Shown: in pieces, positions 51,861-62,379 of the stretch
How the letters are laid out: the number at the start of each line of letters is the position of its first letter
How positions within the stretch are numbered: the first letter of the stretch is position 1
DNA from: Armatimonadota bacterium
GTDB taxonomy: Bacteria; Armatimonadota; Fimbriimonadia; Fimbriimonadales; Fimbriimonadaceae
Length of the DNA: 64,000 nucleotides
Assembly (NCBI GenBank): GCA_031400935.1
Contig: JANNQV010000027.1
Coordinates: forward strand, 186,001-250,000
Direction: 5' to 3'
Notes under the pieces: generated by a model
The model's input: only the letters and a program-made list of their open reading frames with translations
Databases searched by the model: none
What the model was told of the DNA's origin: nothing
Translations under genes and position numbers: made by a program

Positions 51861-52925
51861 ATGGCGGATTTTGCAGGCGAAAAGACAGAACAAGCGACGC
51901 CACGTAAGAAGCAGGACGCTAGGAAAAAGGGGACGGTTGCCAAATCCGTTGATTTGACCAACGCTCTCGTTATCTTCGCAATTCTCCTTGCTTTACCATT
52001 TATTGCAACTGGGCTTGGTAGCGCGATGATGCAAAGCGTGACGACCGGCATCGGAAACATCCCAACATCTGTTAGCCCGACCGAGATTTCCAGATACTTT
52101 TGGACGATTGGCAGGCCGTCTTTTTTGGCATTCGCTCCACTCGTACTCATTGCCATGGTCGTTGGTGTAGCGGCAAATTTTGCCCAAGTCGGCTTCGTTC
52201 TATCCGGCGAGGCTCTTTCCCCTTCGCTTTCAAAAATCAATCCGTTTGCAGGTTTAAAAAGGATGTTTTCAGCTCGAACGACTTTTGAAGGCATCAAGGC
52301 GACGACAAAGTCTCTCCTATTTGGCTACTTGGCTTACGGTGTGCTTATGGCGAATTGGGACGAGTTGATGAAACTGTCGTGGACGACCCCGGCGGCATCG
52401 CTCACTTTAACCGGCGAAATTCTTCGTCAAATCTTCTTGAGAATTGCAACGTCATGGCTGGTTTTGGCAGCGTTTGACTATCTGTTTCAACGATGGCAGG
52501 TTGATAAGCAGCTCAAGATGAGCAAAGAAGAATTGAAACAGGAGTTCCGGCAGAACGAGCAATCTCCAGAGCTTCGCGCTGCAATCGCACAAAAACGGCG
52601 AAGGCTGTTGAAGGGCAGAATGGCGAATGCAGTGAAGACGGCAGATGTCATCATCACCAACCCGACTCACTTTTCGATAGCGATCAAATATGAGCAAGGG
52701 CAGATGCACGCCCCGCAAGTCGTGGCGAAAGGGGCGGACGTTTTGGCTTTCAAGATTCGAGAATTAGCAAAGGATTCTCGAATTCCGATTGTTCCAAATG
52801 CTCCTTTGGCTCGGCAATTGTATAAGCGTTGCGAGGTAGGGGATTTTGTTCCGAGAGAGCTTTTTCAGGCAGTAGCTGAGGTTCTGGCGTATGTCTACGC
52901 CACGTTGAAACAGGTTCGGAAGTAG
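51861..52925 (+). CDS. flhB: Flagellar export protein FlhB
   Basis: EKTEQAT, NPTH autocleavage motif, VAKG. Confidence 0.97.
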   Translation: MADFAGEKTEQATPRKKQDARKKGTVAKSVDLTNALVIFAILLALPFIATGLGSAMMQSVTTGIGNIPTSVSPTEISRYFWTIGRPSFLAFAPLVLIAMVVGVAANFAQVGFVLSGEALSPSLSKINPFAGLKRMFSARTTFEGIKATTKSLLFGYLAYGVLMANWDELMKLSWTTPAASLTLTGEILRQIFLRIATSWLVLAAFDYLFQRWQVDKQLKMSKEELKQEFRQNEQSPELRAAIAQKRRRLLKGRMANAVKTADVIITNPTHFSIAIKYEQGQMHAPQVVAKGADVLAFKIRELAKDSRIPIVPNAPLARQLYKRCEVGDFVPRELFQAVAEVLAYVYATLKQVRK

Positions 52926-53011
52926 GAATTTACGACCCTCCACCCCTCCCTATCTGCGATTTCCCTTCGGCGAGATCTGTAACAACACTTCCTCGTAAGG
53001 AAAGAAGGGGC

Positions 53012-55285
53012 TCATTCATCCCCCACCAGTCCCAAATCTATGTACTGCCCGCCCGAAGTTTGTTTGCAATAAACAGCTATCAAATTCTTACCTTTCTTGA
53101 GGGTAGCTAGAGCCTCTTTTGAAATGGGGAAATCTTGATATTCGGTGGTGTAGCCCGCCACTTTGCAAGCCAAAATGCCGTTGATGTACACCTCGGCGTC
53201 TTCGTCGTGGTGCATTCTCAGGCGGAGGTTTTTGAACTTCGTTGTGGCTAGTTCGAAGGTTTTTCGGAGCCATATTTCGGATGTGTTCCAAGTTGTAAAC
53301 ACCATCGTATTTGGTGTTCCCAATGTCCCAAATCCTCCGGCTCCCTTGTACCAATGAGAATCATCAAACCCAGAATTCATCCAAGAGTTTTTGGGAGCTT
53401 CCATCGTATAGGCCCATCGGGCGGTTTCGAAGTCTTGTGGCGGCCCCGAGTACCTTCCTGGACGAATTGTGAATTGCGCCGAAGGCAGCACCCAAACGAA
53501 AGGAATCTCCTTTGGAAAGATGCCTTTATTCGCATTTAAGAAATCCTTCAAATTGAACTTGAAAACTTCACGATCATAGGTAAAAAAACCATTGCACTCC
53601 GTTTCCACATCCGTAGTTTGCGTGTAAATTGCGGCGCACAGCCCTCTGTCCTTCAGCTGATAGGTTTGGCGGAGAAGGTCAACATACTTTTTGGTCAGCG
53701 AATCCTTGTCTGCCATGCCCTGATAGCCCCAAGCCTTGTCGGTCCAAGTGTGGCCGTCTACTCCGAGCCCAAGCCCACCAAATTCGCCCAAGACGGCGGC
53801 GCGTTTCGTTTCGAGCGGTGGAATTCCCGGGCCTGGATACACATGGATATCCATGACATTGCCGGATTTCATGTCGGTCCATCCGCTTGCGTTGTTGATG
53901 AGCCGTGTTGGGTCCCATTGGCGGACTTTTTCGACGACGGAAACAGTATCGTGCTGCCCCCAGCCCTCGTTGAAGGGGACCCACATAACGATACAAGGGT
54001 GGTTCTTCAAGGCGTCAATCATTGCCTTTAGTTCTAAAAGGAACTGGTTCTTGTCGTTCGTCGAAAGCGTTTCAGGCTTCACGGAATCTGAAAAGTGCGG
54101 CGAGGGCATATCTTGCCAAACCATCATTCCGAGCTTGTCGCACCAGTAATACCAGCGGTCGGGCTCGACCTTGACATGCTTTCGAATCGTGTTGAAGCCT
54201 AGCTTTTTCGTCTCTACGATGTCGAATTTGAGCGCTTCGTCGGTTGGGGCGGTGTAGATTCCGTCTGGCCAAAATCCTTGGTCGAGCGGGCCGATGCAGA
54301 AGACCTCTTTGCCGTTTAGTTTGATTCTGGGAATGCCCTTGCTGTCTTTCGAAACCTCGATTTTGCGCATCGCGGCGTAGCTAGTCACGCTGTCGATTAC
54401 TTTGCCAGCTTCCAGAAGTTCGATCTTCAGGTCATATAGAAATGGAGTTTCTGGTGACCAGAGCTTTGGGTTATCGAGTTTCAAATCTAATTTGGCCCCA
54501 GGTTTTCCAGACCCCTTGGCAACTACGCTGCCCTTTTCTGAGGCGGTCACCCGAACCGAAAGATCAGTGTCTTGTCCTTTTACTTTTGCACCGACTTTCA
54601 GAGTTGAATTGTCCAGGTCAGGAACAATATCGAGCGATTCGATATAGCTTTCGGGCACCGGCTCGATCCAAACTGTTTGCCAGATTCCAGTTACTGGCGT
54701 GTACCAAATGCCTTCTGGTTTGAGGAATTGCTTGCCACGGGGTTGGAAGTTGCCGGTGGAGTCAGTGACATTTACAGTTATCTCCAATTCTCCCTTCCAG
54801 GTTTCTAAACTTGGGATGAACAAGCTAATTGGATCATAGCCCCCTGTATGGAAATCGTATGGTCCTCCTGTCACGGTTACAGTACATTGATAGTCCAATG
54901 CGCCGATGTGTAGCAGTAATGACTTCCCAACGTACCTTTGAGGCAAGACGATGCTTTTGCGATAGACGAGTATCTCCTCTGGCTTAACTGGTTTCATTAC
55001 TCCAGAAAGCGCAGATTCGATCGGAAAGGGAACAAGGATCTTCCCCGAAGACGTATTGCTCGTAAACCAAATAACTTCGAAATCCCACAGCCCGTTCAAA
55101 TTCATCCACTCTTTCCGCACCATCTGTGGGCGGGGGTATTCAGGCAGCGGATTCTTTGGGTTGACGTCCTTCGCCCACCGGGTGGTTAAAGGAGATTTTT
55201 GAGCTGCCCATTCCTGGCTCTCTGCAACGGTGGCCATGAAGAGGAACAGGAATACAGCAATGATGGTTGGGAAAAGGCTCACCAT
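53012..55285 (-). CDS. Secreted GH2 glycoside hydrolase
   Basis: EYPRPQ, GPLDQGFWPDG, RKHVKVE, WVPFNEGWG, LGEFGG; C-terminal sugar-binding domain. Confidence 0.92.
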   Translation of the reverse strand: MVSLFPTIIAVFLFLFMATVAESQEWAAQKSPLTTRWAKDVNPKNPLPEYPRPQMVRKEWMNLNGLWDFEVIWFTSNTSSGKILVPFPIESALSGVMKPVKPEEILVYRKSIVLPQRYVGKSLLLHIGALDYQCTVTVTGGPYDFHTGGYDPISLFIPSLETWKGELEITVNVTDSTGNFQPRGKQFLKPEGIWYTPVTGIWQTVWIEPVPESYIESLDIVPDLDNSTLKVGAKVKGQDTDLSVRVTASEKGSVVAKGSGKPGAKLDLKLDNPKLWSPETPFLYDLKIELLEAGKVIDSVTSYAAMRKIEVSKDSKGIPRIKLNGKEVFCIGPLDQGFWPDGIYTAPTDEALKFDIVETKKLGFNTIRKHVKVEPDRWYYWCDKLGMMVWQDMPSPHFSDSVKPETLSTNDKNQFLLELKAMIDALKNHPCIVMWVPFNEGWGQHDTVSVVEKVRQWDPTRLINNASGWTDMKSGNVMDIHVYPGPGIPPLETKRAAVLGEFGGLGLGVDGHTWTDKAWGYQGMADKDSLTKKYVDLLRQTYQLKDRGLCAAIYTQTTDVETECNGFFTYDREVFKFNLKDFLNANKGIFPKEIPFVWVLPSAQFTIRPGRYSGPPQDFETARWAYTMEAPKNSWMNSGFDDSHWYKGAGGFGTLGTPNTMVFTTWNTSEIWLRKTFELATTKFKNLRLRMHHDEDAEVYINGILACKVAGYTTEYQDFPISKEALATLKKGKNLIAVYCKQTSGGQYIDLGLVGDE

Positions 55286-55343
55286 TATGTGATTCGGCGT
55301 TGGATTGTTTGATCCTTCATTTTTTGCGTGAGTCAATCGAAAA

Positions 55344-55408
55344 CTAGGACGAATAGGACAAATATGAGTTGTTAGCTCAATTTGTCCTATTTGTCACATG
55401 AGTCCTAT
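55344..55408. repeat. Nonamer inverted-arm repeat (TAGGACAAA / TTTGTCCTA)
   Basis: Three units per arm. Confidence 0.7.
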
Positions 55409-55421
55409 ACTCAAAGCTGAA

Positions 55422-55877
55422 CTAGCTTCTCACGATCTTCGGTTCCACGACAACATCAACTTTCCCACGAACTGCATTTGTGATAATGCAATACAAATCT
55501 GCCTTGTGTGACAAATCTTCCGCCATGGCGACATGATCATCCGTTGCATCTTCAGTTAGCCGAATCGTTGGGCTGATTGTGATCTTGTTGTAGACAAAAC
55601 TGGCGCCGTTCTGCTCGACTTCGCCAACTGCGACCGTTTCGATGGTCAAGAAAGGGAGCTTCCGCATTCCTGCGATAATTCCAAAAGTCATGCTGTAGCA
55701 GCTTGCAATCGCGAGGCTCAAAAGTTCTTCGGGATTCGTTCCTTCGCCTTGGCCCTGGAATTCTTCAGGAACGCTGATGGGGACGCTTGTGCCGCTATGG
55801 TCAGCTGTCGATTTTCCGCTTCCCATGCGGTCTCCGGTCCAAGAAACGGTCACGGGGTATTTGTGAATTTGAGCCAT
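55422..55877 (-). CDS. OsmC/Ohr family protein
   Basis: GTNPEELL...ASCY and second Cys in LYCII. Confidence 0.9.
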   Translation of the reverse strand: MAQIHKYPVTVSWTGDRMGSGKSTADHSGTSVPISVPEEFQGQGEGTNPEELLSLAIASCYSMTFGIIAGMRKLPFLTIETVAVGEVEQNGASFVYNKITISPTIRLTEDATDDHVAMAEDLSHKADLYCIITNAVRGKVDVVVEPKIVRS

Positions 55878-55897
55878 GGAGAGAGTTTACTTTTTGT

Positions 55898-56085
55898 AGT
55901 TCGGGTTTGTTCGGGGTGGTCCGGTTTGGGTCGGTTTGGCTCGGCTTCGTCTCAATGCGAATCCGGACAAATCCGGACTAACCCGTGCCAATCCGAACAA
56001 AGAGCCGTTTCAACTTGCCAACTACCTGCCAACTACTTGCAAACAACTTGCGAACTACGTGCCAACCGCTCTCTGCTAACCGCTA
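55898..56085. repeat. Decamer inverted arms (GTTCGGGTTT / ATCCGGACAA) plus 11-mer tandem (CTACTTGCCAA)
   Basis: Directly visible periodicities. Confidence 0.75.
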
Positions 56086-56883
56086 ACAATCCCAGCATTC
56101 TTCTACAACACTATTCCTCAGAACTCCTATTCCCTCTATTTCAACCTCAACAACATATCCAGCTTTCAAAAATACCTGCGGTTTTCGTCCAGCTCCAACA
56201 CCATGTGGCGTGCCGGTGAGAATGACTGTGCCGGGCAACAATGTCGTGCTTCCAGAAAGAAAAACGATCAATTCTCGAATTGAGAAGATCATATCTCCCG
56301 TCGTCCAGTCCTGCATCGTATCGCCGTTTACGCGACATTGGATGCGTTTGTTCTGCGGATCGCCAAATTCATCGGCACTCACGATCCACGGTCCGAGCGG
56401 GCAAAAAGTGTCAAAGCTCTTGCCTCTGCACCATTGCCCACCGCCCCATTCTTTCTGCCAATCTCGGGCACTGATGTCGTTCGCGCACGTGTAGCCCAAA
56501 ACGAAGTCGAGAGCGTTTTCGAGAGTTGCGTTCTTACAGTTCCTTCCGATGACAACGGCAAGTTCAGCTTCAAAATCAACTTTATCGCTGCGAAGGTGGC
56601 GGGGAAGCACGATCGGTTCGTCTGGGTGTTGGACGGATGCAGGGTTCTTGAAAAAGACTACAGGCCGTTCTGGCGGACTGCCTCCCATTTCTTCAGCGTG
56701 CTTTCGGTAGTTTTGGCCGATGCCGATGATTGCTGGCGGGTCGAGAGGGGCGAGAAAACGATCTACCTGAACTTCGACGTTCCGACTTGATTCTGAATCA
56801 AAGAGACTGTTGCGCCATGTTTGCGAGCCGTCTGAACTAACTAAATGTTCCTGGCCCACTAGGTTTCCTCGTGCAAATCGCAT
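56083..56883 (-). CDS. Fumarylacetoacetate hydrolase family protein
   Basis: IGQNYRKH, DFEAEL, NDISARDWQ, GKSFDTFCPLGP, TGTPHGVG. Confidence 0.95.
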   Translation of the reverse strand: MRFARGNLVGQEHLVSSDGSQTWRNSLFDSESSRNVEVQVDRFLAPLDPPAIIGIGQNYRKHAEEMGGSPPERPVVFFKNPASVQHPDEPIVLPRHLRSDKVDFEAELAVVIGRNCKNATLENALDFVLGYTCANDISARDWQKEWGGGQWCRGKSFDTFCPLGPWIVSADEFGDPQNKRIQCRVNGDTMQDWTTGDMIFSIRELIVFLSGSTTLLPGTVILTGTPHGVGAGRKPQVFLKAGYVVEVEIEGIGVLRNSVVEECWDC

Positions 56884-56940
56884 TCGTCCAGTATGTCCCG
56901 ATCTGAAAAAGCGCGGTCATGCCCGCGCACTCGCAAAGTG

Positions 56941-57276
56941 CTAAGGCTCAACTCGAATCAAGTCAATTACCTTTTCAACACCCTTCGTCTGAAAAGCGAT
57001 TTCAGCAATCAGTTTCTTCTCTTCTAGAGTTTTTACATGCCCGGAAATCGTTACAATGCCTTCTTTCGCTTCAACATGCAGGTAGGTCATGTCCACCTTC
57101 TTGTGAAGCCCAAGAGCAGTATTGACTTTAACAGCAACGCTAGCGTTTTTCGCGGCTTCTACACCGCTTGCCGCGAGATTAGTTGCGTCCCGTTTTAGGT
57201 CGCCAGCATCTTGTTCGTTGCATCCAGCAACAGCTAATGCGACAACTAGTGGAACAACAAGTGCGATTGTTTTCAT
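56941..57276 (-). CDS. BON-domain lipoprotein
   Basis: VAGC lipobox; GIVTISGHV...GVEKVIDLI. Confidence 0.85.
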   Translation of the reverse strand: MKTIALVVPLVVALAVAGCNEQDAGDLKRDATNLAASGVEAAKNASVAVKVNTALGLHKKVDMTYLHVEAKEGIVTISGHVKTLEEKKLIAEIAFQTKGVEKVIDLIRVEP

Positions 57277-57357
57277 GCTCTTGTCAATGACGTGCGCTGT
57301 TGACGACAAGTTCCGGCTCAGTCCCAAAGTCCCGCTTTGGTATACTCGTACCCGAGT

Positions 57358-57431
57358 TGCCCGCTCGTCTAATGGTAGGACGACAGTCTCTGGATCTGTT
57401 AATTGGAGTTCGAATCTCTGGCGGGCAGCCA
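57358..57431 (+). tRNA. tRNA-Gln(CTG)
   Basis: TGCCCGC/GCGGGCA acceptor stem, CTCTGGA loop, AGTTCGAATCT, CCA; TATACT at 57341-57346. Confidence 0.93.
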
Positions 57432-57539
57432 CGATTTGGTTATAGGTTGTCAGTTATTGGTTATCGGTTGTTGGTTGTCAGATGTATGTTGGCGTAATTC
57501 CCAATTCAATCTCAAATGAGTGAAGCTCTTTGACGAAAC

Positions 57540-59033
57540 TCATGCCGCGCCACTTACTGGAAGTGCAAGTTGCAGCAGCATTTCGGAATTTGCCTCGCTT
57601 CGTGGCAAATCTGCTACAATTCGACCCTGCCGCATCACCAATATTCGGTCGCAGACACCTAAGACTTCTGGAAGTTCGCTGGACACCAAAAGTATGCCAA
57701 CGCCATCTTCGGCAAGTCCATAAATGATTTCGTAAATCTCTCGCTTTGCTCCGACATCAATTCCTCGCGTGGGTTCATCTAGCAAGAGGAGCTTGACGGT
57801 TTCACTTAACCATCTTGCCAAGACGCACTTTTGCTGGTTGCCGCCCGAAAGCAGACCGACAGATTGGTGGAGATTCGGCGTTCGAATTCCGAGGCGATCC
57901 ACTTGTTTGGATGCATTGTCGGTTTCTTGCTGTTCAGCAATCCAGAATCCTCCTTTTGAGAAGTTCCTTCGGACGCTGATGTTGATATTTTCCTGAACCG
58001 ACCGAATTGAAATAATTCCCTCTTTCTTTCGATCTTCGGGGCAAAGCATAATTCCTCGTCGAATGGATTTGCCAGGTGAACCCGGCCTATTTGAAGTGCC
58101 ATCAATTATCACTTCGCCTGAAGCGTGCACGGCACCGTATATGGCTTGAAGCAATTCGGACCTGCCTGCGCCGACTAAACCAAAAATTCCGACAACCTCT
58201 CCCCTTTTCAAATTTATGTTGATGGGTTCCGCGATCCCGTTTCCAGAGATGTTTCTAATCGCAATTTCTTCGGACATCGGGTTTCGAGGCCGGTAGCCAA
58301 AAATATCCTCGATGGAACGGCCAACCATTCGGTTTACGATCACACCTGAGTCAATCGCTTCAAGTGAATCGAAAGTCTCCACATGTTTGCCATCCCGCAA
58401 AACTGTGACCGAATCGCAAATCTGGAAAATCTCTTCCATGCGGTGACTTACATAGAGGATGACTTTTCCCTGCTGTTTGAGGTCGGCGATGATCTCGAAC
58501 AGCCGTTCCACTTCTCGAGCGGAGAGACTGCTTGTTGGCTCGTCAAATGCGATTACCTTTGCGTTTCTGGAAAGGGCCTTTGCAATTTCAACCATTTGAC
58601 GCTGAGCAATTGAGAGCGATCGCACTTTGGTATTCGGATCAATTTCAATTCCTACTCTCGAGAGAAGTGTTGAGGCTGTTTGCTGTTGTCCTTTTGAATT
58701 AATCCAGCCGAATTTGGCCGGGGCATGGCCGAGGCAAATATTTTCAGCTATTGTCATCTCTGGAACAAGATGAAGCTCCTGATAAATGACAGCGATTCCC
58801 GATTCAAGTGCTTGATGAGGCGTTTCGTACGATGTTGGTGTTCCATTTAGCAAGATTCGCCCTGAATCTGCTTGATAAACTCCACTCAATATCTTCAAGA
58901 GAGTGCTCTTTCCTGCGCCGTTTTCACCGCAAATTGCATGGATCGAGCTTTCCTCGACTCCAAAAGAGACGTCGTCAAGCGCCTTTACTCCAGGGAAGGC
59001 AATGCTGAGACTGTCAAATTCAAGATACGGCAT
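57540..59033 (-). CDS. araG: Monosaccharide ABC transporter ATPase (AraG/RbsA, CUT2 type)
   Basis: FPGVKAL, GENGAGKST, FDEPTSSL, LSGGNQQK, DEPTRGIDVGAK. Confidence 0.85.
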   Translation of the reverse strand: MPYLEFDSLSIAFPGVKALDDVSFGVEESSIHAICGENGAGKSTLLKILSGVYQADSGRILLNGTPTSYETPHQALESGIAVIYQELHLVPEMTIAENICLGHAPAKFGWINSKGQQQTASTLLSRVGIEIDPNTKVRSLSIAQRQMVEIAKALSRNAKVIAFDEPTSSLSAREVERLFEIIADLKQQGKVILYVSHRMEEIFQICDSVTVLRDGKHVETFDSLEAIDSGVIVNRMVGRSIEDIFGYRPRNPMSEEIAIRNISGNGIAEPININLKRGEVVGIFGLVGAGRSELLQAIYGAVHASGEVIIDGTSNRPGSPGKSIRRGIMLCPEDRKKEGIISIRSVQENINISVRRNFSKGGFWIAEQQETDNASKQVDRLGIRTPNLHQSVGLLSGGNQQKCVLARWLSETVKLLLLDEPTRGIDVGAKREIYEIIYGLAEDGVGILLVSSELPEVLGVCDRILVMRQGRIVADLPRSEANSEMLLQLALPVSGAA

Positions 59034-59136
59034 GACTTTCGGACATTCTATCCTTTGTTGCAATTTGTTCGTGATAGACATATTTTGTACCTTGCAAGCA
59101 CATTTGGGGCACTTTCGAGCCAAAATGGGAGTCAGC

Positions 59137-60549
59137 ATGAAACACAAATGGATATTGGCCCTCTTTGCCGCTTCGATGATCGTCGCTGGATGCGGCTCCA
59201 AAGATGGCGCCGCTTCAGGAACATCAACTTCAGAGAACTCCACTTCAGAAGTCGTGACAATTGAAGCACCCGAAGCCCCAACAGGCGATGGTCCTGTGAC
59301 TGGCGAGTTGGAAGTTGCCGCTTTTGAAGGCGGTTACGGCATAGACTTTTACGAAAATTCTGCAAAGGAATTTGCTGCAACACACCCTGATGTAAAAATC
59401 AAGTTTTGGGGAGACCCGCGAGTTTGGGAGCAGCTTCGGCCAAAGTTCGTAAGCGGAGAACCGCCGAGTCTTGTGTTCCCTGGCTGGGGGATGGATCATT
59501 GGGGATTGGTCGAGGAAGGGCAAGTCATGAGCCTCGACAAAGCTCTAGACAGTAAACCAGCCGAAGGTGAAGGCGCCTGGAGAGATACTTTCGATCCTAA
59601 TCTCCTCAAGCTTTGCCGTCAATATGATAAGACATGGATGCTTCCTTATTACGTAATGTTTTATGGATGGTGGTTTGACGAAAATGTATTTAAAGCAAAT
59701 GGATGGACACCACCTAAAACCTACGAAGAGCTATTAGTCTTTTGTGAAACAGTTAAGGCTAAAGGCATGGTGCCTATTACCTTCCAAGGCAAGTATCCCT
59801 ATTATGTAATCGAGGGAATGCTCTTTCCTTGGGCGTTTACTGCTGGTGGGGTAGAAGCAATACGTGCGGCGCAGAACATGGAAAAGGGCGCATGGAAATC
59901 GCCGGCATTCTTGAAATCAGCTCAAATGATAGACGAGCTAAACCAAAAGGGTTATTTTCAAATGGGTGCAACCGGCTTAAGTCACACCGAGGCTCAGATG
60001 GAATTGCTGATGGGTAAAGTCGCTATGGTTCCGTGTGGTTCTTGGATCAGTTCAGAGATGTCGAAGCAGCTTGATGAAATTGCAAAATCCGGGAAGCCAA
60101 GGCCCGTATTGAGGTTCATGGCACCGCCCAGTTTAGCTGACGAAGCACCAGGCAGGTCGAACATTCTCATTGGTATTGAACCTTGGATGGTACCTACTAA
60201 GGCAAAGAATCCAGAGGCGGCAGTCGCACTTTACAAGTACATGACAACCCTATCCGTTTCAAAGAAATTTGTGACTGAGAAGGGAAGCTTGATGTCCATC
60301 AGGGGCTCGGATGAAGTCCAGCTTCCTGCAAGCCTAGTCGCACCAGCCGCGGCCTACAAAGCAGCTAAAACCGTATGGGCAAATCAATGCAGGTCATGGT
60401 ATCCAGAATTTAATAAAGAAATTGAGAATGCAATCACTTCTTTGCTGAATAAAGAACTTACTCCTGAGCAATTTTGCGAGAGAATAGAGAAGAAAGCAGA
60501 AGAAATTCGAAACGATCCTGAAGTAAAGAAACATAAGGTAGCGTTTTAG
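59137..60549 (+). CDS. Carbohydrate ABC substrate-binding lipoprotein (CUT1, NgcE-like)
   Basis: VAGC lipobox, FEGGYG, PKTYEEL, GKVAMVPCGSW. Confidence 0.88.
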   Translation: MKHKWILALFAASMIVAGCGSKDGAASGTSTSENSTSEVVTIEAPEAPTGDGPVTGELEVAAFEGGYGIDFYENSAKEFAATHPDVKIKFWGDPRVWEQLRPKFVSGEPPSLVFPGWGMDHWGLVEEGQVMSLDKALDSKPAEGEGAWRDTFDPNLLKLCRQYDKTWMLPYYVMFYGWWFDENVFKANGWTPPKTYEELLVFCETVKAKGMVPITFQGKYPYYVIEGMLFPWAFTAGGVEAIRAAQNMEKGAWKSPAFLKSAQMIDELNQKGYFQMGATGLSHTEAQMELLMGKVAMVPCGSWISSEMSKQLDEIAKSGKPRPVLRFMAPPSLADEAPGRSNILIGIEPWMVPTKAKNPEAAVALYKYMTTLSVSKKFVTEKGSLMSIRGSDEVQLPASLVAPAAAYKAAKTVWANQCRSWYPEFNKEIENAITSLLNKELTPEQFCERIEKKAEEIRNDPEVKKHKVAF

Positions 60550-60672
60550 GGGATTGGGTATGAAATTGTTGAGTTGGGTGAGTTGGGTGAGTAAGGTGAG
60601 TCTATTGAAGTGGAAGAAGTTGGAACACGACATGCCCCATACCCTATACCCCCTACCCTGCATCCAATCCCC

Positions 60673-61557
60673 ATGATTGGACGAAGCCGAGCTCGTTTCG
60701 TTGTTGCATTCTTGGCACCTGCATCAGCGATATATGCACTGTTTGTTCTTTGGCCCTTAATTTCAACATTCCAATTGTCTTTGTACAGATTTCGTGGGCT
60801 TTCTGCTAATAAGACTTGGAATGCTCCGGAGAACTACAGATGGCTCTTTGAGAATGAACTATTTTGGCGAACTCTTAAGAATAACGCGTTTCTCTTGATT
60901 GTAGGCGGAGTTGCAATCCTAGTTCTAAGCCTTCTGATTTCCCACGCTATGGCAAGTACTGGAAGGCTTTCAAAGGTACTTCGAAGCGTGTTTCTTTTCC
61001 CACAGATCATCAGCGTTGTAGTCGTAGCCGTAATCTGGCAGTTCATCTATAACCCGAGCCACGGGTTACTCAACGCTACTATAGGGCTGTTTCAATCCGA
61101 GACTCCTAAAACTGGTTGGATTGCGCAGAGCAACACTGCACTTTTTGCAGTGACAATTGCGTTCATTTGGTGGGCACTTGGGTTTTATGTAATGCTATTC
61201 ACTGCAGGGCTCCAGTCCATTCCAAGTGAAGTTACTGAAGCAGCCGAACTCGACGGAGCAACAGGTTGGAACCGTTTCGTGAGAATCACTTGGCCAATGC
61301 TTTGGTCCATCAAGCGCATTTCTGCAATCTATTTGCTGTCTAACGTCCTAAATGTATTTGCACTAGTCTTTGTAATGACGCAGGGCGGGCCCGACAATGC
61401 AACGCAAACCATGCTGACATTTTTGTACCAAACTGGCTTCGAGCAATCGCATTATGGTAGAGCATCGGCGCTAGCCGCGTGTAACTTTGTTCTAGCACTT
61501 GGATTGAGCGGATTGCTCTTCTTCTTCACGCGCAGGAATCCGGAGGCGGCACGATGA
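60673..61557 (+). CDS. Carbohydrate ABC permease (MalF-like)
   Basis: EAAELDGA EAA loop, ITWPML, TQGGP. Confidence 0.93.
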   Translation: MIGRSRARFVVAFLAPASAIYALFVLWPLISTFQLSLYRFRGLSANKTWNAPENYRWLFENELFWRTLKNNAFLLIVGGVAILVLSLLISHAMASTGRLSKVLRSVFLFPQIISVVVVAVIWQFIYNPSHGLLNATIGLFQSETPKTGWIAQSNTALFAVTIAFIWWALGFYVMLFTAGLQSIPSEVTEAAELDGATGWNRFVRITWPMLWSIKRISAIYLLSNVLNVFALVFVMTQGGPDNATQTMLTFLYQTGFEQSHYGRASALAACNFVLALGLSGLLFFFTRRNPEAAR

Positions 61558-62375
61558 AGCAGATTCCAAGATTTATTCTGCTCGCAGTTTATGCCCTGGT
61601 CATCACTATTCCCCTTGCTTGGGTTGTCATTTCTTCATTTAAGCGTGGAGATGAGATATTTCAGTCGCCTTGGGCCCTCCCGGAGGCGCTTCAAGTTTCG
61701 AACTATGTGGATGCATGGAAAGACGGCAACATTGGTACGTTCGCATTTAATTCAATTATGGCGACAGTTGGTACTCTTGTCATATTGCTGCCGATTGGAG
61801 CTATGGCAGCTTATGTGCTAGCAAAGTACCCATTTCGCGGCTCGAAGATCATCTATGTCCTTTTCATTAGCGGAATGATGTTCCCCAATTTCCTTGTTGC
61901 GGTGCCACTTTACTTGCTAATGAATTCGCTCGGATTAAACAATTCGCTTATCGGACTCATAGTAGCTTATGTTGCCTATTCGCTTTCATTTACAATCTTT
62001 GTATTGCACGGTTTTTTTCAAAACTTGCCAAATGAGCTTGGAGAGGCTGCAATGATTGATGGATGCAGTCACAGCAAGACATTTTTCAGAGTAATGTTTC
62101 CGCTAGCACGTCCAGGCGTTCTAGTTGTTGGAGTGTTTAATGCAATCGGACTTTGGAATGAATATAACCTTGCAAAAGTCTTGTTTGCTTCTGATAAGGA
62201 CAATTCAACACTCCCCATCGGAATAACCAATATGGTTACCGCGCAGCAATATGCCTCGAACTGGGGAGCTACTTTTGCAGCTTTAGTGATAGTAATGCTT
62301 CCCGTGATGATTGTCTATTGGTTCTTCCGCGACAAGATTCATGAGACGATGTTGGCTGGGGCAGTTAAGGGGTAG
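61554..62375 (+). CDS. Carbohydrate ABC permease (MalG-like)
   Basis: EAAMIDGCS, WNEY, GAVKG end. Confidence 0.93.
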   Translation: MKQIPRFILLAVYALVITIPLAWVVISSFKRGDEIFQSPWALPEALQVSNYVDAWKDGNIGTFAFNSIMATVGTLVILLPIGAMAAYVLAKYPFRGSKIIYVLFISGMMFPNFLVAVPLYLLMNSLGLNNSLIGLIVAYVAYSLSFTIFVLHGFFQNLPNELGEAAMIDGCSHSKTFFRVMFPLARPGVLVVGVFNAIGLWNEYNLAKVLFASDKDNSTLPIGITNMVTAQQYASNWGATFAALVIVMLPVMIVYWFFRDKIHETMLAGAVKG

Positions 62376-62379
62376 TCCC

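Noticed and set aside
55898..56085. Possible CRISPR array (also 24944-25010)
   Set aside because: Units are 10-11 nt and directly tandem, with no unique spacers and no cas genes.
11211..57431. Genomic island or prophage integrated at the tRNA genes
   Set aside because: No integrase, phage genes or duplicated tRNA 3' ends were seen.
58903..59243. Long overlapping N-terminal extensions of araG and the SBP gene in the ORF track
   Set aside because: Family-typical starts at 59033 (MPYLEF) and 59137 (lipoprotein signal MKHKW) remove the overlap.
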